DNA of 64,000 nt from Nakamurella sp. (GTDB taxonomy: Bacteria > Actinomycetota > Actinomycetes > Mycobacteriales > Nakamurellaceae): NCBI GenBank assembly GCA_044223435.1, contig JBGALY010000011.1, positions 66,787 to 130,786 on the forward strand, in the 5' to 3' direction. The notes beneath the pieces were generated by a model. That model searched no databases and was not told the DNA's origin. It saw only the letters and a program-made list of their open reading frames with translations. Every line of letters begins with the position of its first letter. The first letter of the stretch is position 1. The position numbers were made by a program, and so were the translations under genes. This document shows positions 27,148 through 36,232 of this stretch, one piece after another.

Positions 27148-27290
27148 CGGGGCCCGCCGGCGCACCGGTCCCGGCCAGTTCGCGCCGGCCGGCGGATGCA
27201 CCATTTCTGCCCGAGCGTGCGTGTATCAGGTGGATAGGTCCGTTCATCCAATACGTCGACCGCGCCGGCAACAATCATTCAGGGGGTTCC

Positions 27291-27680
27291 ATGACGGTGT
27301 TCCGCTCCAAGGATCAGGCGCAGGACCTGTTCGCCGAGCTGTTCCGGATCCTGCTCGACGATCCGGACTTCCGCACCCGGCTCCGGGAAAATCACCTCAC
27401 CGTCCAGATCATCCATACCAAGCCCGACTTCATCCTTCATCTCGATCCGGACGGGGTACGCATCGACGACGTCCCGGAAAAGCCCGTGATCAGCATCAAG
27501 ATGTCCTGCGACACCGCGCACGCCTTGTGGTCGGGAACCCTGCTCATGCCCCTCGCCGTCGCGACCGGCAAGCTACGGGTCCGCGGCAGCATGGCGAAGG
27601 TCCTTGAGTTCGCGCCCATGCTGCGACCGGCGTTCGACCAGTACCACCAGCTCGCCGCGGCCGCCGGCGTGCCCGGCTGA
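27291..27680 (+). CDS. SCP2 (sterol carrier protein 2-like) lipid-binding domain protein
   Basis: 129 aa: MTVFRSKDQAQDLFAELFRILLDDPDF...ISIKMSCDTAHALWSGTLLMPLAVATGKLRVRGSMAKVLEF. The C-terminal G.l...G segment is typical of SCP2. Confidence 0.75.
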   Translation: MTVFRSKDQAQDLFAELFRILLDDPDFRTRLRENHLTVQIIHTKPDFILHLDPDGVRIDDVPEKPVISIKMSCDTAHALWSGTLLMPLAVATGKLRVRGSMAKVLEFAPMLRPAFDQYHQLAAAAGVPG

Positions 27681-27969
27681 GGAGCCGTCGCTCGCCACGG
27701 TCGACCCGATCGGCCAAATCCGCGGCATGCCCGCGCTTGCCGTGCTCGGCGACCCGATCGATGTCCGTACCGGGGCCATCCCACCGTCCACCTGACTCCC
27801 GTTGCCGGAACGTCGGCCGGAACCGGTGCACCGTCGATCGGTGAACGCGCCCGGAGCGCGCGCCACCCGCGGATCGTGGTCGCCGCACTGCCGCTCACCA
27901 CCTTCACCACCGGACTTCCCGGTCCCGCCCGCTGCCCCGATCGACGCACCGTCGAAGGAGTTCACCCCG

Positions 27970-29196
27970 ATGACCACCGACCTCGCCCCGCTCGAACCGC
28001 TTCAACCGATCATCAGCCAGCCCGAGGACATCGAGGACCTGCGCCGGCTGGCCCGTGAGTTCGCCGTGACCCACGTGCGCCCCCGCGCGCTGGGCAACGA
28101 CGCCGCCCCGGCCGACCACTTCGACTGGGAGCTGGTCCGCATGGGACACGATCTGGGGTTGATGCGGGTGGTCATCCCTCGTGAGTACGGCGGTCTCGGC
28201 TTGGGCGAACTCGGCGTCGCCGTCGCGCTGGAGGAAATCGCCGCCGAATGTGCCGGCACGGCACTGATCTTCGGCGCCGCAATGTTGGGCCAGGCGCCGA
28301 TCCTGCTGTCGGCCGATCCGCAGCTGCAGGCCCGGTTCCTGCCGTTGTTCTCGGGCGACGAACCCGTGCTGGCCTGCAACGCGATCACCGAGGCCGACGC
28401 GGGGTGCGATCTGCTGATCCCGGAGAACGCGGAGCTCGCCCAGAACGTCATGACCGCCCGGCACGACGGGGACCATTACCTGCTCACCGGTGAGAAACGG
28501 TTCATCACCAACGGCAAGGTCGCCCACTATGCGACCGTCTTCGCCAACATCGAGGGCCGGCCCGGGGCAACCGGTTTGACCTGCTTCGTGGTACCGCTGG
28601 ACAGCCCGGGGGTGGAGCGTGGCGACGTCGCCGACAAGATGGGGTACCGGGCGTGCCTGGGCACCGAGCTGCGCTTCACGCAGGTGCGGGTGCCGGAGGA
28701 GAACATGATCGGCGGTGAGGGCGGCGGCGTGTACATCAACATCGCCCAGATGAACATGGCCCGCGCGGCCGTGGCCGCGATCTCGACCGGAATCGCCCGC
28801 AGTGCCTTGGATCTGGCCGTGCAATGGTGCGGGACCCGGATTCAGGGCGGCAAGAAGCTGCACGAACACCAGTTCACCGCGCGCAAGCTGGCCGAGATGT
28901 CGGCGAAGGTCGAGGCGTCCAGACTGCTGTACCTGCGGGCGGCGCATCTGGCCGACAACGAATTACCGGTGCCGGCCTTCGAACCCGCGGTGGCGAAGAT
29001 GTTCGCCGACCGGGCCGCCATCGAGGTGGCCGAGGAGGCGATGTCGCTGATGGGCGCGCGCGGCTACGTGAAGGAGTTCCGGCTGGAGAAGATCATGCGC
29101 GACGCCCTGGGTACCCGGATCTATGAGGGCACCCCGGAAGTGCTCGCCCTGGCCATCACCGACTCGATCTACCAGCCGGACGACGAGGGCTGGTAA
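27970..29196 (+). CDS. Acyl-CoA dehydrogenase family protein
   Basis: ATG at 27970 follows GAAGGAG. It has CNAITEADAGCD, GEKRFITNG and a C-terminal RDALGTRIYEGTPEVLALAI (catalytic Glu context). Confidence 0.85.
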   Translation: MTTDLAPLEPLQPIISQPEDIEDLRRLAREFAVTHVRPRALGNDAAPADHFDWELVRMGHDLGLMRVVIPREYGGLGLGELGVAVALEEIAAECAGTALIFGAAMLGQAPILLSADPQLQARFLPLFSGDEPVLACNAITEADAGCDLLIPENAELAQNVMTARHDGDHYLLTGEKRFITNGKVAHYATVFANIEGRPGATGLTCFVVPLDSPGVERGDVADKMGYRACLGTELRFTQVRVPEENMIGGEGGGVYINIAQMNMARAAVAAISTGIARSALDLAVQWCGTRIQGGKKLHEHQFTARKLAEMSAKVEASRLLYLRAAHLADNELPVPAFEPAVAKMFADRAAIEVAEEAMSLMGARGYVKEFRLEKIMRDALGTRIYEGTPEVLALAITDSIYQPDDEGW

Positions 29197-29232
29197 GGGG
29201 ACCGGGCACAAACCGGCGGAGGGGGAGAGCAC

Positions 29233-30135
29233 ATGTGTGAAGGTGAGACACGGGCCAGTACGGCCCGGTACGCACGCGACATTCTGGCCCTGCAGGACGG
29301 CCTGAACTTCCGCAGCCTGCTGGCGGTACCGCGCCACGACGTTGCCTACTACGCCCGGCGGCCCGGCGGACTGGTCACCCTGGGCCTGCGCACCGACCAG
29401 ATGTCCAAGCGATACCTGTTGGGTCTGCAGGGTTTCCGCCTGGCCCAGTATCTCCAGCTGGGCTGGGTCTGCCAGGACACGATCGCCGCCCGCGGATTGT
29501 TCTGTGAGCCCGTCCACGGCCTTCGAAATTCGGATCTGCACCTGGTCACCGTCTCGCCCGGCGGCGAGATCCTGGGATATCTCGGGCTTGTCGGCTCGTC
29601 CGACGAGGTACCCCGGTTGCTCCAGGACCCGGACCGGGCCCGGTTCCCGGTGGAGACGGCCCACGGAATCAACCTGTTCGATGTCGTTCCTCGGGACCGG
29701 GTGACCCGGACCGACCAGGTCGGGGAGCTCAAGAGATTCGTGCATCGCCGATCGATGTCGGACCGGATGCTGCGGTTACGCGTCACCCTCGAACTGCTCC
29801 TGGCCGCCGGCAGTCTCGTGCTCGGTCAGTCCGGCCTGCGCTTGGTGGTCGGCGATGTCGAGGAGCACGTCGCGCTGCGGCACCTGATGCTGGTGGGGCT
29901 GCAGGTCCGGCTGATCGAGGGCACCACGCCACAGCTCCGGTCCGGCGATTACCTGCACCTGGCCTACGTTCGGCGCGGTGCGGTCAAGCCGTTCATCGCG
30001 CAGGTGCCGGCGCATGAGGAGCTCGCGGCGCGGATGCGCCGGCTCGATCGCGTCCTGTCCGCCGAGGATCTGGGACTCGCGGTCCGCGATCTGATCGGCC
30101 GCGGGGACGGCACGATCAGCCGGGTGGCGGCATGA
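29233..30135 (+). CDS. Hypothetical acyltransferase, LuxI / N-acyl amino acid synthase-like (GNAT-fold) by motif resemblance
   Basis: ATG follows GGAGGGGGAG. 300 aa. FRLAQYLQLGW, CEPVHGLRNSDLHLVTVSPGGEILGYLGLV, ARFPVE and VGELKRFVHRRSM parallel the LuxI/NAS pattern (RLR..VF...LGW; E.D..D..S.H.L; lP.E; E.SRf.V). This is a motif-level call only. Confidence 0.4.
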   Translation: MCEGETRASTARYARDILALQDGLNFRSLLAVPRHDVAYYARRPGGLVTLGLRTDQMSKRYLLGLQGFRLAQYLQLGWVCQDTIAARGLFCEPVHGLRNSDLHLVTVSPGGEILGYLGLVGSSDEVPRLLQDPDRARFPVETAHGINLFDVVPRDRVTRTDQVGELKRFVHRRSMSDRMLRLRVTLELLLAAGSLVLGQSGLRLVVGDVEEHVALRHLMLVGLQVRLIEGTTPQLRSGDYLHLAYVRRGAVKPFIAQVPAHEELAARMRRLDRVLSAEDLGLAVRDLIGRGDGTISRVAA

Positions 30136-30989
30136 CGACGGCACCGACCGATTTCTACTCCGAGCTGACGGCGCGCAATACGGGTTTCATCTCGCCCCGC
30201 GCGCAGGGCCGGGTACGGGAGGCCACCGTGCTCGTCGCCGGGTGCGGGTCGACGGGGGGAGCCGCGGTCGAGCCCCTCGCCCGGGTGGGGGTGCAGCGGT
30301 TCATCCTCGCCGACAACGGCGACTACGAGCTGAACAATCTCAATCGCCAGCAGGCCGGAATCGCCGACATCGGACGCAACAAGGCCCTCGTGAATGCCGA
30401 ACGGGTCCGCTCGATCAATCCGCACGCCCGGGTGGACGTGCGAGTGGACGGGATCGCTCCGGGGACGGTGGACGATCTCGTCGGCCGCGCCGACGTGGTC
30501 GTCGACGGGGTCGATGTGACCGAGATGGCCGGGATGGCCGCCAAGTTCGCCCTGCACGAGAGCGCGGCCCGGCTGCGGGTGCCGGTGATCAGCGGGTACG
30601 ACATGGCCGGTCTGCAGTTCGTCCGCTGCTATGACTACCGCGCGGCGATGGCTCCGTTGGCGGGCGCCGTCGACCGGCGCCGCATCGAGCGGTCGACCCC
30701 CTGGGAATTGCTGGCCCGGCTCATCCCGAAGCGGGTGGTCCCGGTGGAGATGATCCGGTCCCTGCGGGGCGCTTCGGCCGACCCGGACTTCCACGTCTCC
30801 CAACTGGTCTACACGTCGATGCTGTTCGGCGCCATCACCACCCGGATGACCGTCGAGCTGCTCGCCGGGGTGCCGGTGCGGCGGAGCGTCCGGATCGACG
30901 TGCATCAGGCCGTGCGGCGTCCGTTGGCGAACCTCCGGTTGTCGGTGACCAAGCCGGTCGAGCTGATCCGGACGTTGAGGAGCCTGTAG
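30132..30989 (+). CDS. ThiF/MoeB/HesA-family E1-like adenylyltransferase (adenylation domain only)
   Basis: It has an ATGA overlap with the upstream gene. 285 aa. Nucleotide loop is VLVAGCGSTGGAAVEPLARVGV, followed by LADNGDYELNNLNRQ. There is no rhodanese or Cys-rich C-terminal domain. Confidence 0.8.
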   Translation: MTTAPTDFYSELTARNTGFISPRAQGRVREATVLVAGCGSTGGAAVEPLARVGVQRFILADNGDYELNNLNRQQAGIADIGRNKALVNAERVRSINPHARVDVRVDGIAPGTVDDLVGRADVVVDGVDVTEMAGMAAKFALHESAARLRVPVISGYDMAGLQFVRCYDYRAAMAPLAGAVDRRRIERSTPWELLARLIPKRVVPVEMIRSLRGASADPDFHVSQLVYTSMLFGAITTRMTVELLAGVPVRRSVRIDVHQAVRRPLANLRLSVTKPVELIRTLRSL

Positions 30990-30993
30990 GACG

Positions 30994-33405
30994 ATGGGTC
31001 GCCACCTGCGAAAGGTCACCGCTGCCGATCGGATGGTCGGCGTCCCACCGCGTAGCCGACGGCTGATCCTGGTCGGCTGGCTCGTCGTGGCCGCCCTGGC
31101 CGGGCTGTTCGCCCGCGGGCTGCCCGATCAGCTCAGCGGGGGTGGCTGGTCGGTGCCCGGATCGGAGTCCGAACGGGCGGCGGCCCTTGCGGCCGACGGG
31201 TTCGCCGGCCGCGGCGCGTCCACGGTGACGCTGGTCGTCACGGACACGACGGCCGAGCCCGGTTCGGCCGACTTCGACAGCCGGGTCGGTGCGGCCATCG
31301 CCACGGTCGCCGGCGACCCGACCCTCGACGTCCGGTCGCAATACGGTTGGGGCACCCTGTCGGCCGCCGCCCGGGCACCGTTCGTCGGATCGGACGGCCG
31401 AACGGTGATCGAGTATCTCGCGCTGGGCTTGGACGACGGGGACGCCCGGCGCGAGCTACCCGCCATCCAGTCGGAGCTGACCACCCGCTTCGCACCCAAC
31501 GGGCTGGAGGTCATCCTCGTCGGCACCGCCGCGTTCTGGGCCGAGGTCAATGCGCTGAGCGAGTCCGGCCTGGTCCGGGCCGAACTCATCACCCTGCCGC
31601 TGCTGATGATCATTCTCGTGCTGCTGTACGGCGGCGTGGTGGCGGCCGTCGTTTCGCTGGTGGTCGCCGGGTCCTCGATCGTGTTCACGTCGGCGTTGCT
31701 GTCCGTGGTAGCCGCCCAGGTCGAGTTGTCGGTGTTCGTGCAGAACACCGCGACGATGCTGGGCCTGGGCATCGGGGTCGACTACTCGCTGTTCATGATC
31801 AGCCGGTACCGCGAGGAGCTCCGCGCCGGGCGGGATGTCGACGCGGCGGTCGCGGCCGCCATCCGGACGTCCGGGCGCACGGTGTTCGCGTCGGGCGCGA
31901 CCGTCGTCCTCGCGCTGGCCAGCCTGTTCTTCATCCCGCTGAACGTCATCGCGTCGATCGCGCTCGGTGGGATCGTGGTGGTCGCCTTCTCGGTCTTCGT
32001 GACGACCGTGTTGCTCCCGCAACTGCTGCGGACGCTCGGTCGCCGGATCGACGCCGGCCGGCCTCCGTTCGTGCCCCGACCGTCGGATCGGCCGGCGGTC
32101 CGCTGGCAGCGCTTCGCGCTGCGCATCATGCGCCGGCCGGTGGTGTTCCTGCTCATCAGCGCGGCCGCATTGGCGGCAGCCGCGGCGCCGTCGGCCCAGC
32201 TGCGCACCTTCACGCCCGACGCCCGGATCGTGCCCACGGACTCGATCGTCCGGATGGGGTACGAGCGGGTGGCCGACGGGTTCGGACCCGGGGCGACCGC
32301 ACCGGTGCTGCTGGTGCTCGACTCGACCGACCCGCTGACCGTGGACGCGGCTGGCGGTCCGCTCGTGCAGTTGCGGGCGGCCCTGGCCGCGCTGCCCGGG
32401 GTGACGGCGGTCCGCTCCGTTCTGGACGTCGGCGACGCGGTGAACCCGGAGGCACCGGCGGTGGTGCTCGACCGGAGCGTGGCTGGGGCCATCGGGCCGG
32501 ACGGGCAGGCGACGATCGCGCACTACCTGTCCTCCGACGGGCGGCGAACCGTGCTCGAGGTCGTCGGAACCGACTACGCCGCGAGCGAGGCCTCGGTGCG
32601 ATTGCTCACGGACGTCCGGGCGACGGTCGACCGCATCGATGGCCCCTGGCGATCCTCGATCGGCGGGGAGACGGCGGAAGGTACCGACAGCAACCGGGTC
32701 ATCGACGACCACATGATTCAGGTCGTGGCGGTCATGTTGCTGGTGGTGTACCTGTTGCTGCTCATCACCTTCCGGTCGGTGATCCTGCCATTGAAGGCGA
32801 TCCTGATGAACCTGCTGTCGTTGGGTGCCACCTACGGCGTGCTGGTGCTGGTCTTCCAGCACGGCTGGGGCGGCGACTGGCTCGGCGGCGGTGCCCAGCA
32901 GGTGCAGAACTTCGTCCCGGTGCTGCTGCTGGCCCTGCTGTTCAGTCTGAGCACGGACTATGAGGTCTTCCTGCTCGAACGGGTGCGCGAGGAGTACCGG
33001 ACGACCGGGGACAACGAGCGCAGCGTGGCCGAGGCGCTGGCCCGGACGGCGCCACTGATCTCCGGCGCGGCCGTGCTGATGATCGCGGTGTTCGGCGCCT
33101 TCGCCTTCGCCGCGATCATGCCGATGAAGCAGCTCGGGCTCGGCATGGCGGTCGCGATCGCCATCGACGCCACCTTGATCCGGCTCGTCGTGGTACCCGC
33201 CTCGATGCGGCTGCTCGGCCGGTGGAACTGGTGGCCGGGCATCCGGCCGCCGCGGCGGCCGCGGCCCCCGGCACCGACCCGGCGGGCCACCGTGCGGACC
33301 CCGGTGGCCGGCACCGGGTCGGGCACCACCGAGGATGCCCGCCACTGCGACGACGACCCGGCAACGCCCGTCGGCCGGCACGCCCGGGTGACCGTCGGCG
33401 GCTGA
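30994..33405 (+). CDS. MMPL-family (RND superfamily) membrane transporter
   Basis: 803 aa with a duplicated 6-TM plus periplasmic-loop architecture. It has GVDYSLFMISRYREEL and STDYEVFLLERVREEY (paired MMPL motifs). The start could be 30994 or 31033. Confidence 0.9.
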   Translation: MGRHLRKVTAADRMVGVPPRSRRLILVGWLVVAALAGLFARGLPDQLSGGGWSVPGSESERAAALAADGFAGRGASTVTLVVTDTTAEPGSADFDSRVGAAIATVAGDPTLDVRSQYGWGTLSAAARAPFVGSDGRTVIEYLALGLDDGDARRELPAIQSELTTRFAPNGLEVILVGTAAFWAEVNALSESGLVRAELITLPLLMIILVLLYGGVVAAVVSLVVAGSSIVFTSALLSVVAAQVELSVFVQNTATMLGLGIGVDYSLFMISRYREELRAGRDVDAAVAAAIRTSGRTVFASGATVVLALASLFFIPLNVIASIALGGIVVVAFSVFVTTVLLPQLLRTLGRRIDAGRPPFVPRPSDRPAVRWQRFALRIMRRPVVFLLISAAALAAAAAPSAQLRTFTPDARIVPTDSIVRMGYERVADGFGPGATAPVLLVLDSTDPLTVDAAGGPLVQLRAALAALPGVTAVRSVLDVGDAVNPEAPAVVLDRSVAGAIGPDGQATIAHYLSSDGRRTVLEVVGTDYAASEASVRLLTDVRATVDRIDGPWRSSIGGETAEGTDSNRVIDDHMIQVVAVMLLVVYLLLLITFRSVILPLKAILMNLLSLGATYGVLVLVFQHGWGGDWLGGGAQQVQNFVPVLLLALLFSLSTDYEVFLLERVREEYRTTGDNERSVAEALARTAPLISGAAVLMIAVFGAFAFAAIMPMKQLGLGMAVAIAIDATLIRLVVVPASMRLLGRWNWWPGIRPPRRPRPPAPTRRATVRTPVAGTGSGTTEDARHCDDDPATPVGRHARVTVGG

Positions 33406-33429
33406 CTCCACCCACTCGAAAGGTGGCCC

Positions 33430-34050
33430 GTGATGACCATTTCCATCGCCATTCCCCGGTTCGCCCGGGCGACCGAGGGCGACCCCACCTGGGGCGTCTC
33501 CGCACCGTTGCAGGCTCACGAGCGGGCCAATCTGGCCGCCGTGACCACGGTCGCGGCGTTGTGGAACGAACGCGCCGTCGACGGCATCCTCGAGCACTAC
33601 GTGGACGGGATCGTCTGGCGCAACGTCGCGACCGGGGAAGTCCTGCGCGGCAAGACGCAGGTGGGGCAGTACCTGCACGAGTTGTTCAGCGCCGTGCCGG
33701 ACCTGTCGATGACGATCACCAGCCGGATCGCCCGGGGGCGGTTCGTCGCGGAGCAGTACGTCATCGCCGGGACCCATCTGGGCACCCTGTTCGGCATTCC
33801 GGCCACCGGGCAACCACTTCGATTGCCGGCGGCCAGCTTCGTCGAGATGCGCGACGGCAAGTTCCAGGAGGACCACTTCTATCTGGACGTCAACAGCCTG
33901 CTCGGTCAGATGGGCCTGATGCCGCCGGCGACCTTCACCCGCACCCGGCCGGGCCGGATCGGCATGGCCGTCGCGGTCTTCCTGCGATACCCGTGGCGCT
34001 CGCTGACCGGATCGCACCGGCGCCCGGCCCGGCCGCGGCCGGTCGACTGA
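33430..34050 (+). CDS. SnoaL-like / ester cyclase (NTF2-fold) protein
   Basis: It has AVTTVAALWNERAVDGILEHYVDGIVWRN, HLGTLFGIPATGQPLRLPAASFVEMRDGKFQEDHFYLD (ester-cyclase type). A hydrophobic, basic C-terminal tail follows. Confidence 0.7.
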   Translation: MMTISIAIPRFARATEGDPTWGVSAPLQAHERANLAAVTTVAALWNERAVDGILEHYVDGIVWRNVATGEVLRGKTQVGQYLHELFSAVPDLSMTITSRIARGRFVAEQYVIAGTHLGTLFGIPATGQPLRLPAASFVEMRDGKFQEDHFYLDVNSLLGQMGLMPPATFTRTRPGRIGMAVAVFLRYPWRSLTGSHRRPARPRPVD

Positions 34051-34111
34051 CCAGGTCGGGCGGCCGGGCCGCACCGAGACCCACCCACACGTGAAAGGGC
34101 GACACCGAAAC

Positions 34112-35761
34112 ATGGTTCAGAACAACGCCTCCGGCTATGACGTGATCGTCTACGGGACCGGCATCGGCGGTACCACCTGCGCGCTCACCCTGGCCCAGCA
34201 GGGCGCCCGCACCTTGCTGATGGAGAAGAACGAGTGGACCGGCGGGTACGCCCACGGCTCCGGCAGCCACGGGTTCTACTGGGACCACGGTGGGCACATC
34301 GTGCTCGCCTACGGTCTCGGCATGCCCACCCGGCAGATCTTCGAGCGGCTCGGGATCCCGGAGCGGATCGATATGATCCCCGAACGGATGGATTTCCGCT
34401 GCGTGTTCCCAGGCGAAGGGCTCGAACTGCCGGCGGATGTCACCGTGGCGGCCGAGCAGTTGGGCCGGCGGTTTCCCGCCGAACGGGACAGCATCGTGAC
34501 GATCTTTCAAACGATGCAGCAGGTCATCGACGACTTCCTCAGGTTGGTTCCCTCGTTCCGCGCGCCGCGGCGGCCGGACGAACGCCGGCCCTTCGACACG
34601 CTGCTCGAGCAGTTCCAGCGGCCCTGGCTCGGCGACGCGATCGCCCCGCTGGCCGGGTTGGTCCACTTCCCGGGGCACACCCTGTTGCGCTACCAGAACC
34701 GGACCCTGCAACAGCTGCTGGACGAGCATCTGACCGACCCGGAGGCCAAGGCCTATCTGTCGCAGATGTGTGTGGGGGTCGGCACCCCGCCCGACGAGCT
34801 GTCGGTGATGATGGCCAGCCTGTTCATGATTCACGCGATGCAGACGATGTGGCTGCCCCGCGGCGGTTTCGGCGCGCTGATCGACACCATGCTGCAAATG
34901 TTCAAGGAGGCGGGTGGGCAACTCGTGACCGGCGCCGAGGTGGACCGGGTGTGCCTGACCGACGGCCGGGCCACCGGTGTGCAGACCGTCGACGGCCGGC
35001 GCTTCGAGGCCAAGGCGGTGGTCTGCGCCTCGGACGCCCGCCGGCTGTTCGACCGGCAGCTTCCCGCCCGCGTCGTCCCGCGCCGGATGCGGCGCCGCCT
35101 CGCGACCGCGCCGACCACCCCGTCGTTCTTCCAGGTGCAGTTGGGTGTCGACCTCGATCTGAACCGGTACCGGGACACGCTCAAGCGCCTCAACTTCGTC
35201 TACCCGTCGTTCGACGTCAACACCGGCTGCCGGAACTTCGCCGCGGGCAACGTCGAGGAGGCCGCGTACTACCTCTACGTCGCCACCTTCCACCAACCGG
35301 ACATGGCACCGCCCGGAATGCACTCGATCAAACTCGAATGCCCGACCAACCTGGTCAGCACGGGCATCGACTGGGAGCGGGACAAGGAAGCGATTGCCGA
35401 CACCTTCATCCGGCGGTCCGAGGCGCTGATCCCCGATCTGCGCCAGCACATCGTGGTCCGCCGGGTGTTCACCCCGCTGGACATGGCCGGCACCACCAGG
35501 AATGCCGACGGGGCCTTCGCCGGGTGGGCCTTCGGGCCGGAGATGTTGAGTCGCCGACGCCCGGCCCAGCGGACCCCGGTGCCCGGACTGTATCTGGCCG
35601 GTCAGTGGACCCGACCCGCGGCGGGGCTGCCGGGCACGAGCGTCTCCGGGTACAACACGGCGGGCATGGTGCTGGCCGACGTCCTGGGCCGTACGGACTG
35701 GTTGGCGCCCGGCTCGTCCGCGATCGCCGACGGCGCGTCGGCGGACCCGGCCCGCCGGTAG
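34112..35761 (+). CDS. Phytoene desaturase-family (CrtI-like) NAD(P)/FAD-dependent oxidoreductase
   Basis: It starts MVQNNASGYDVIVYGTGIGGTTCALTLAQQGARTLLMEKNEWTGG (dinucleotide fold) and has C-terminal GLYLAGQWT.P.AGLPG. A GTG at 34091 is an alternative start. Confidence 0.8.
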   Translation: MVQNNASGYDVIVYGTGIGGTTCALTLAQQGARTLLMEKNEWTGGYAHGSGSHGFYWDHGGHIVLAYGLGMPTRQIFERLGIPERIDMIPERMDFRCVFPGEGLELPADVTVAAEQLGRRFPAERDSIVTIFQTMQQVIDDFLRLVPSFRAPRRPDERRPFDTLLEQFQRPWLGDAIAPLAGLVHFPGHTLLRYQNRTLQQLLDEHLTDPEAKAYLSQMCVGVGTPPDELSVMMASLFMIHAMQTMWLPRGGFGALIDTMLQMFKEAGGQLVTGAEVDRVCLTDGRATGVQTVDGRRFEAKAVVCASDARRLFDRQLPARVVPRRMRRRLATAPTTPSFFQVQLGVDLDLNRYRDTLKRLNFVYPSFDVNTGCRNFAAGNVEEAAYYLYVATFHQPDMAPPGMHSIKLECPTNLVSTGIDWERDKEAIADTFIRRSEALIPDLRQHIVVRRVFTPLDMAGTTRNADGAFAGWAFGPEMLSRRRPAQRTPVPGLYLAGQWTRPAAGLPGTSVSGYNTAGMVLADVLGRTDWLAPGSSAIADGASADPARR

Positions 35762-35781
35762 GACAGCCCTATCCTGCAAGC

Positions 35782-36159
35782 ATGCACCGGATCTTCACCA
35801 CGAGCGTCGCGTCGGTCTATCCGCTGTATCTGTCGAAGGTGGAGCGCAAGGGCCGCACGAAGGACGAGCTCGACGAGGTCATCGGCTGGCTCACCGGATT
35901 CGGTGACGCCGAGCTCCGCCGCCACCTCGACCGGGAGAGCACCTTCGAGGAGTTCTTTGCCGCCGCCCGGCTCAATCCGCACGCGGCCCTGATCACCGGT
36001 TCCGTTTGCGGGGTGCGGGTCCAGGACGTCGAGGATCCCCTGATGCGCCGGATCCGCTACCTGGACAAGCTGGTCGACGAACTCGCCAAGGGTCGGCCCC
36101 TGGCCAAGATCCTCCGTGGCGACCCCGCTTCGGGGCGGCCGGCCGCCACCCCCGGCTGA
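35782..36159 (+). CDS. DUF2200-family protein
   Basis: It starts [40 protein letters not shown] and has [28 protein letters not shown]. Confidence 0.75.
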   Translation: MHRIFTTSVASVYPLYLSKVERKGRTKDELDEVIGWLTGFGDAELRRHLDRESTFEEFFAAARLNPHAALITGSVCGVRVQDVEDPLMRRIRYLDKLVDELAKGRPLAKILRGDPASGRPAATPG

Positions 36160-36232
36160 GTACGCCCGGGCGGGGGCCCGACACGCCTCGCCCGCTCCCG
36201 TGCCCGTCGATCCGGGTTCGTCGGGCAGGATC

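Noticed and set aside
27291-27680. The SCP2 protein C-terminus (...AAAGVPG) as a ubiquitin-like or ThiS-like tail for the ThiF homologue.
   Set aside because: It has a single terminal Gly, not Gly-Gly. The protein has SCP2 motifs rather than a beta-grasp-sized sequence, so the resemblance is probably coincidental.
27681-27969. The 289-nt gap between the SCP2 and acyl-CoA dehydrogenase genes was searched for a short precursor peptide for the ThiF-like enzyme, for example MPALAVLGDPIDVRTGAIPPST at about 27727-27795.
   Set aside because: There is no Shine-Dalgarno sequence, the codon bias is mediocre, and there is no Gly-Gly or Asn terminus like known E1-activated peptides. This is not enough to call.
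36116-36232. A longer N-terminus for RNase HI from the track start at 36116, overlapping DUF2200 by 44 nt.
   Set aside because: It is possible, but the added 39 aa are Pro/Ala/Gly-rich and precede the conserved start of the RNase H fold. The GTG at 36233 fits the domain boundary. I kept it as an alternative in the feature note.
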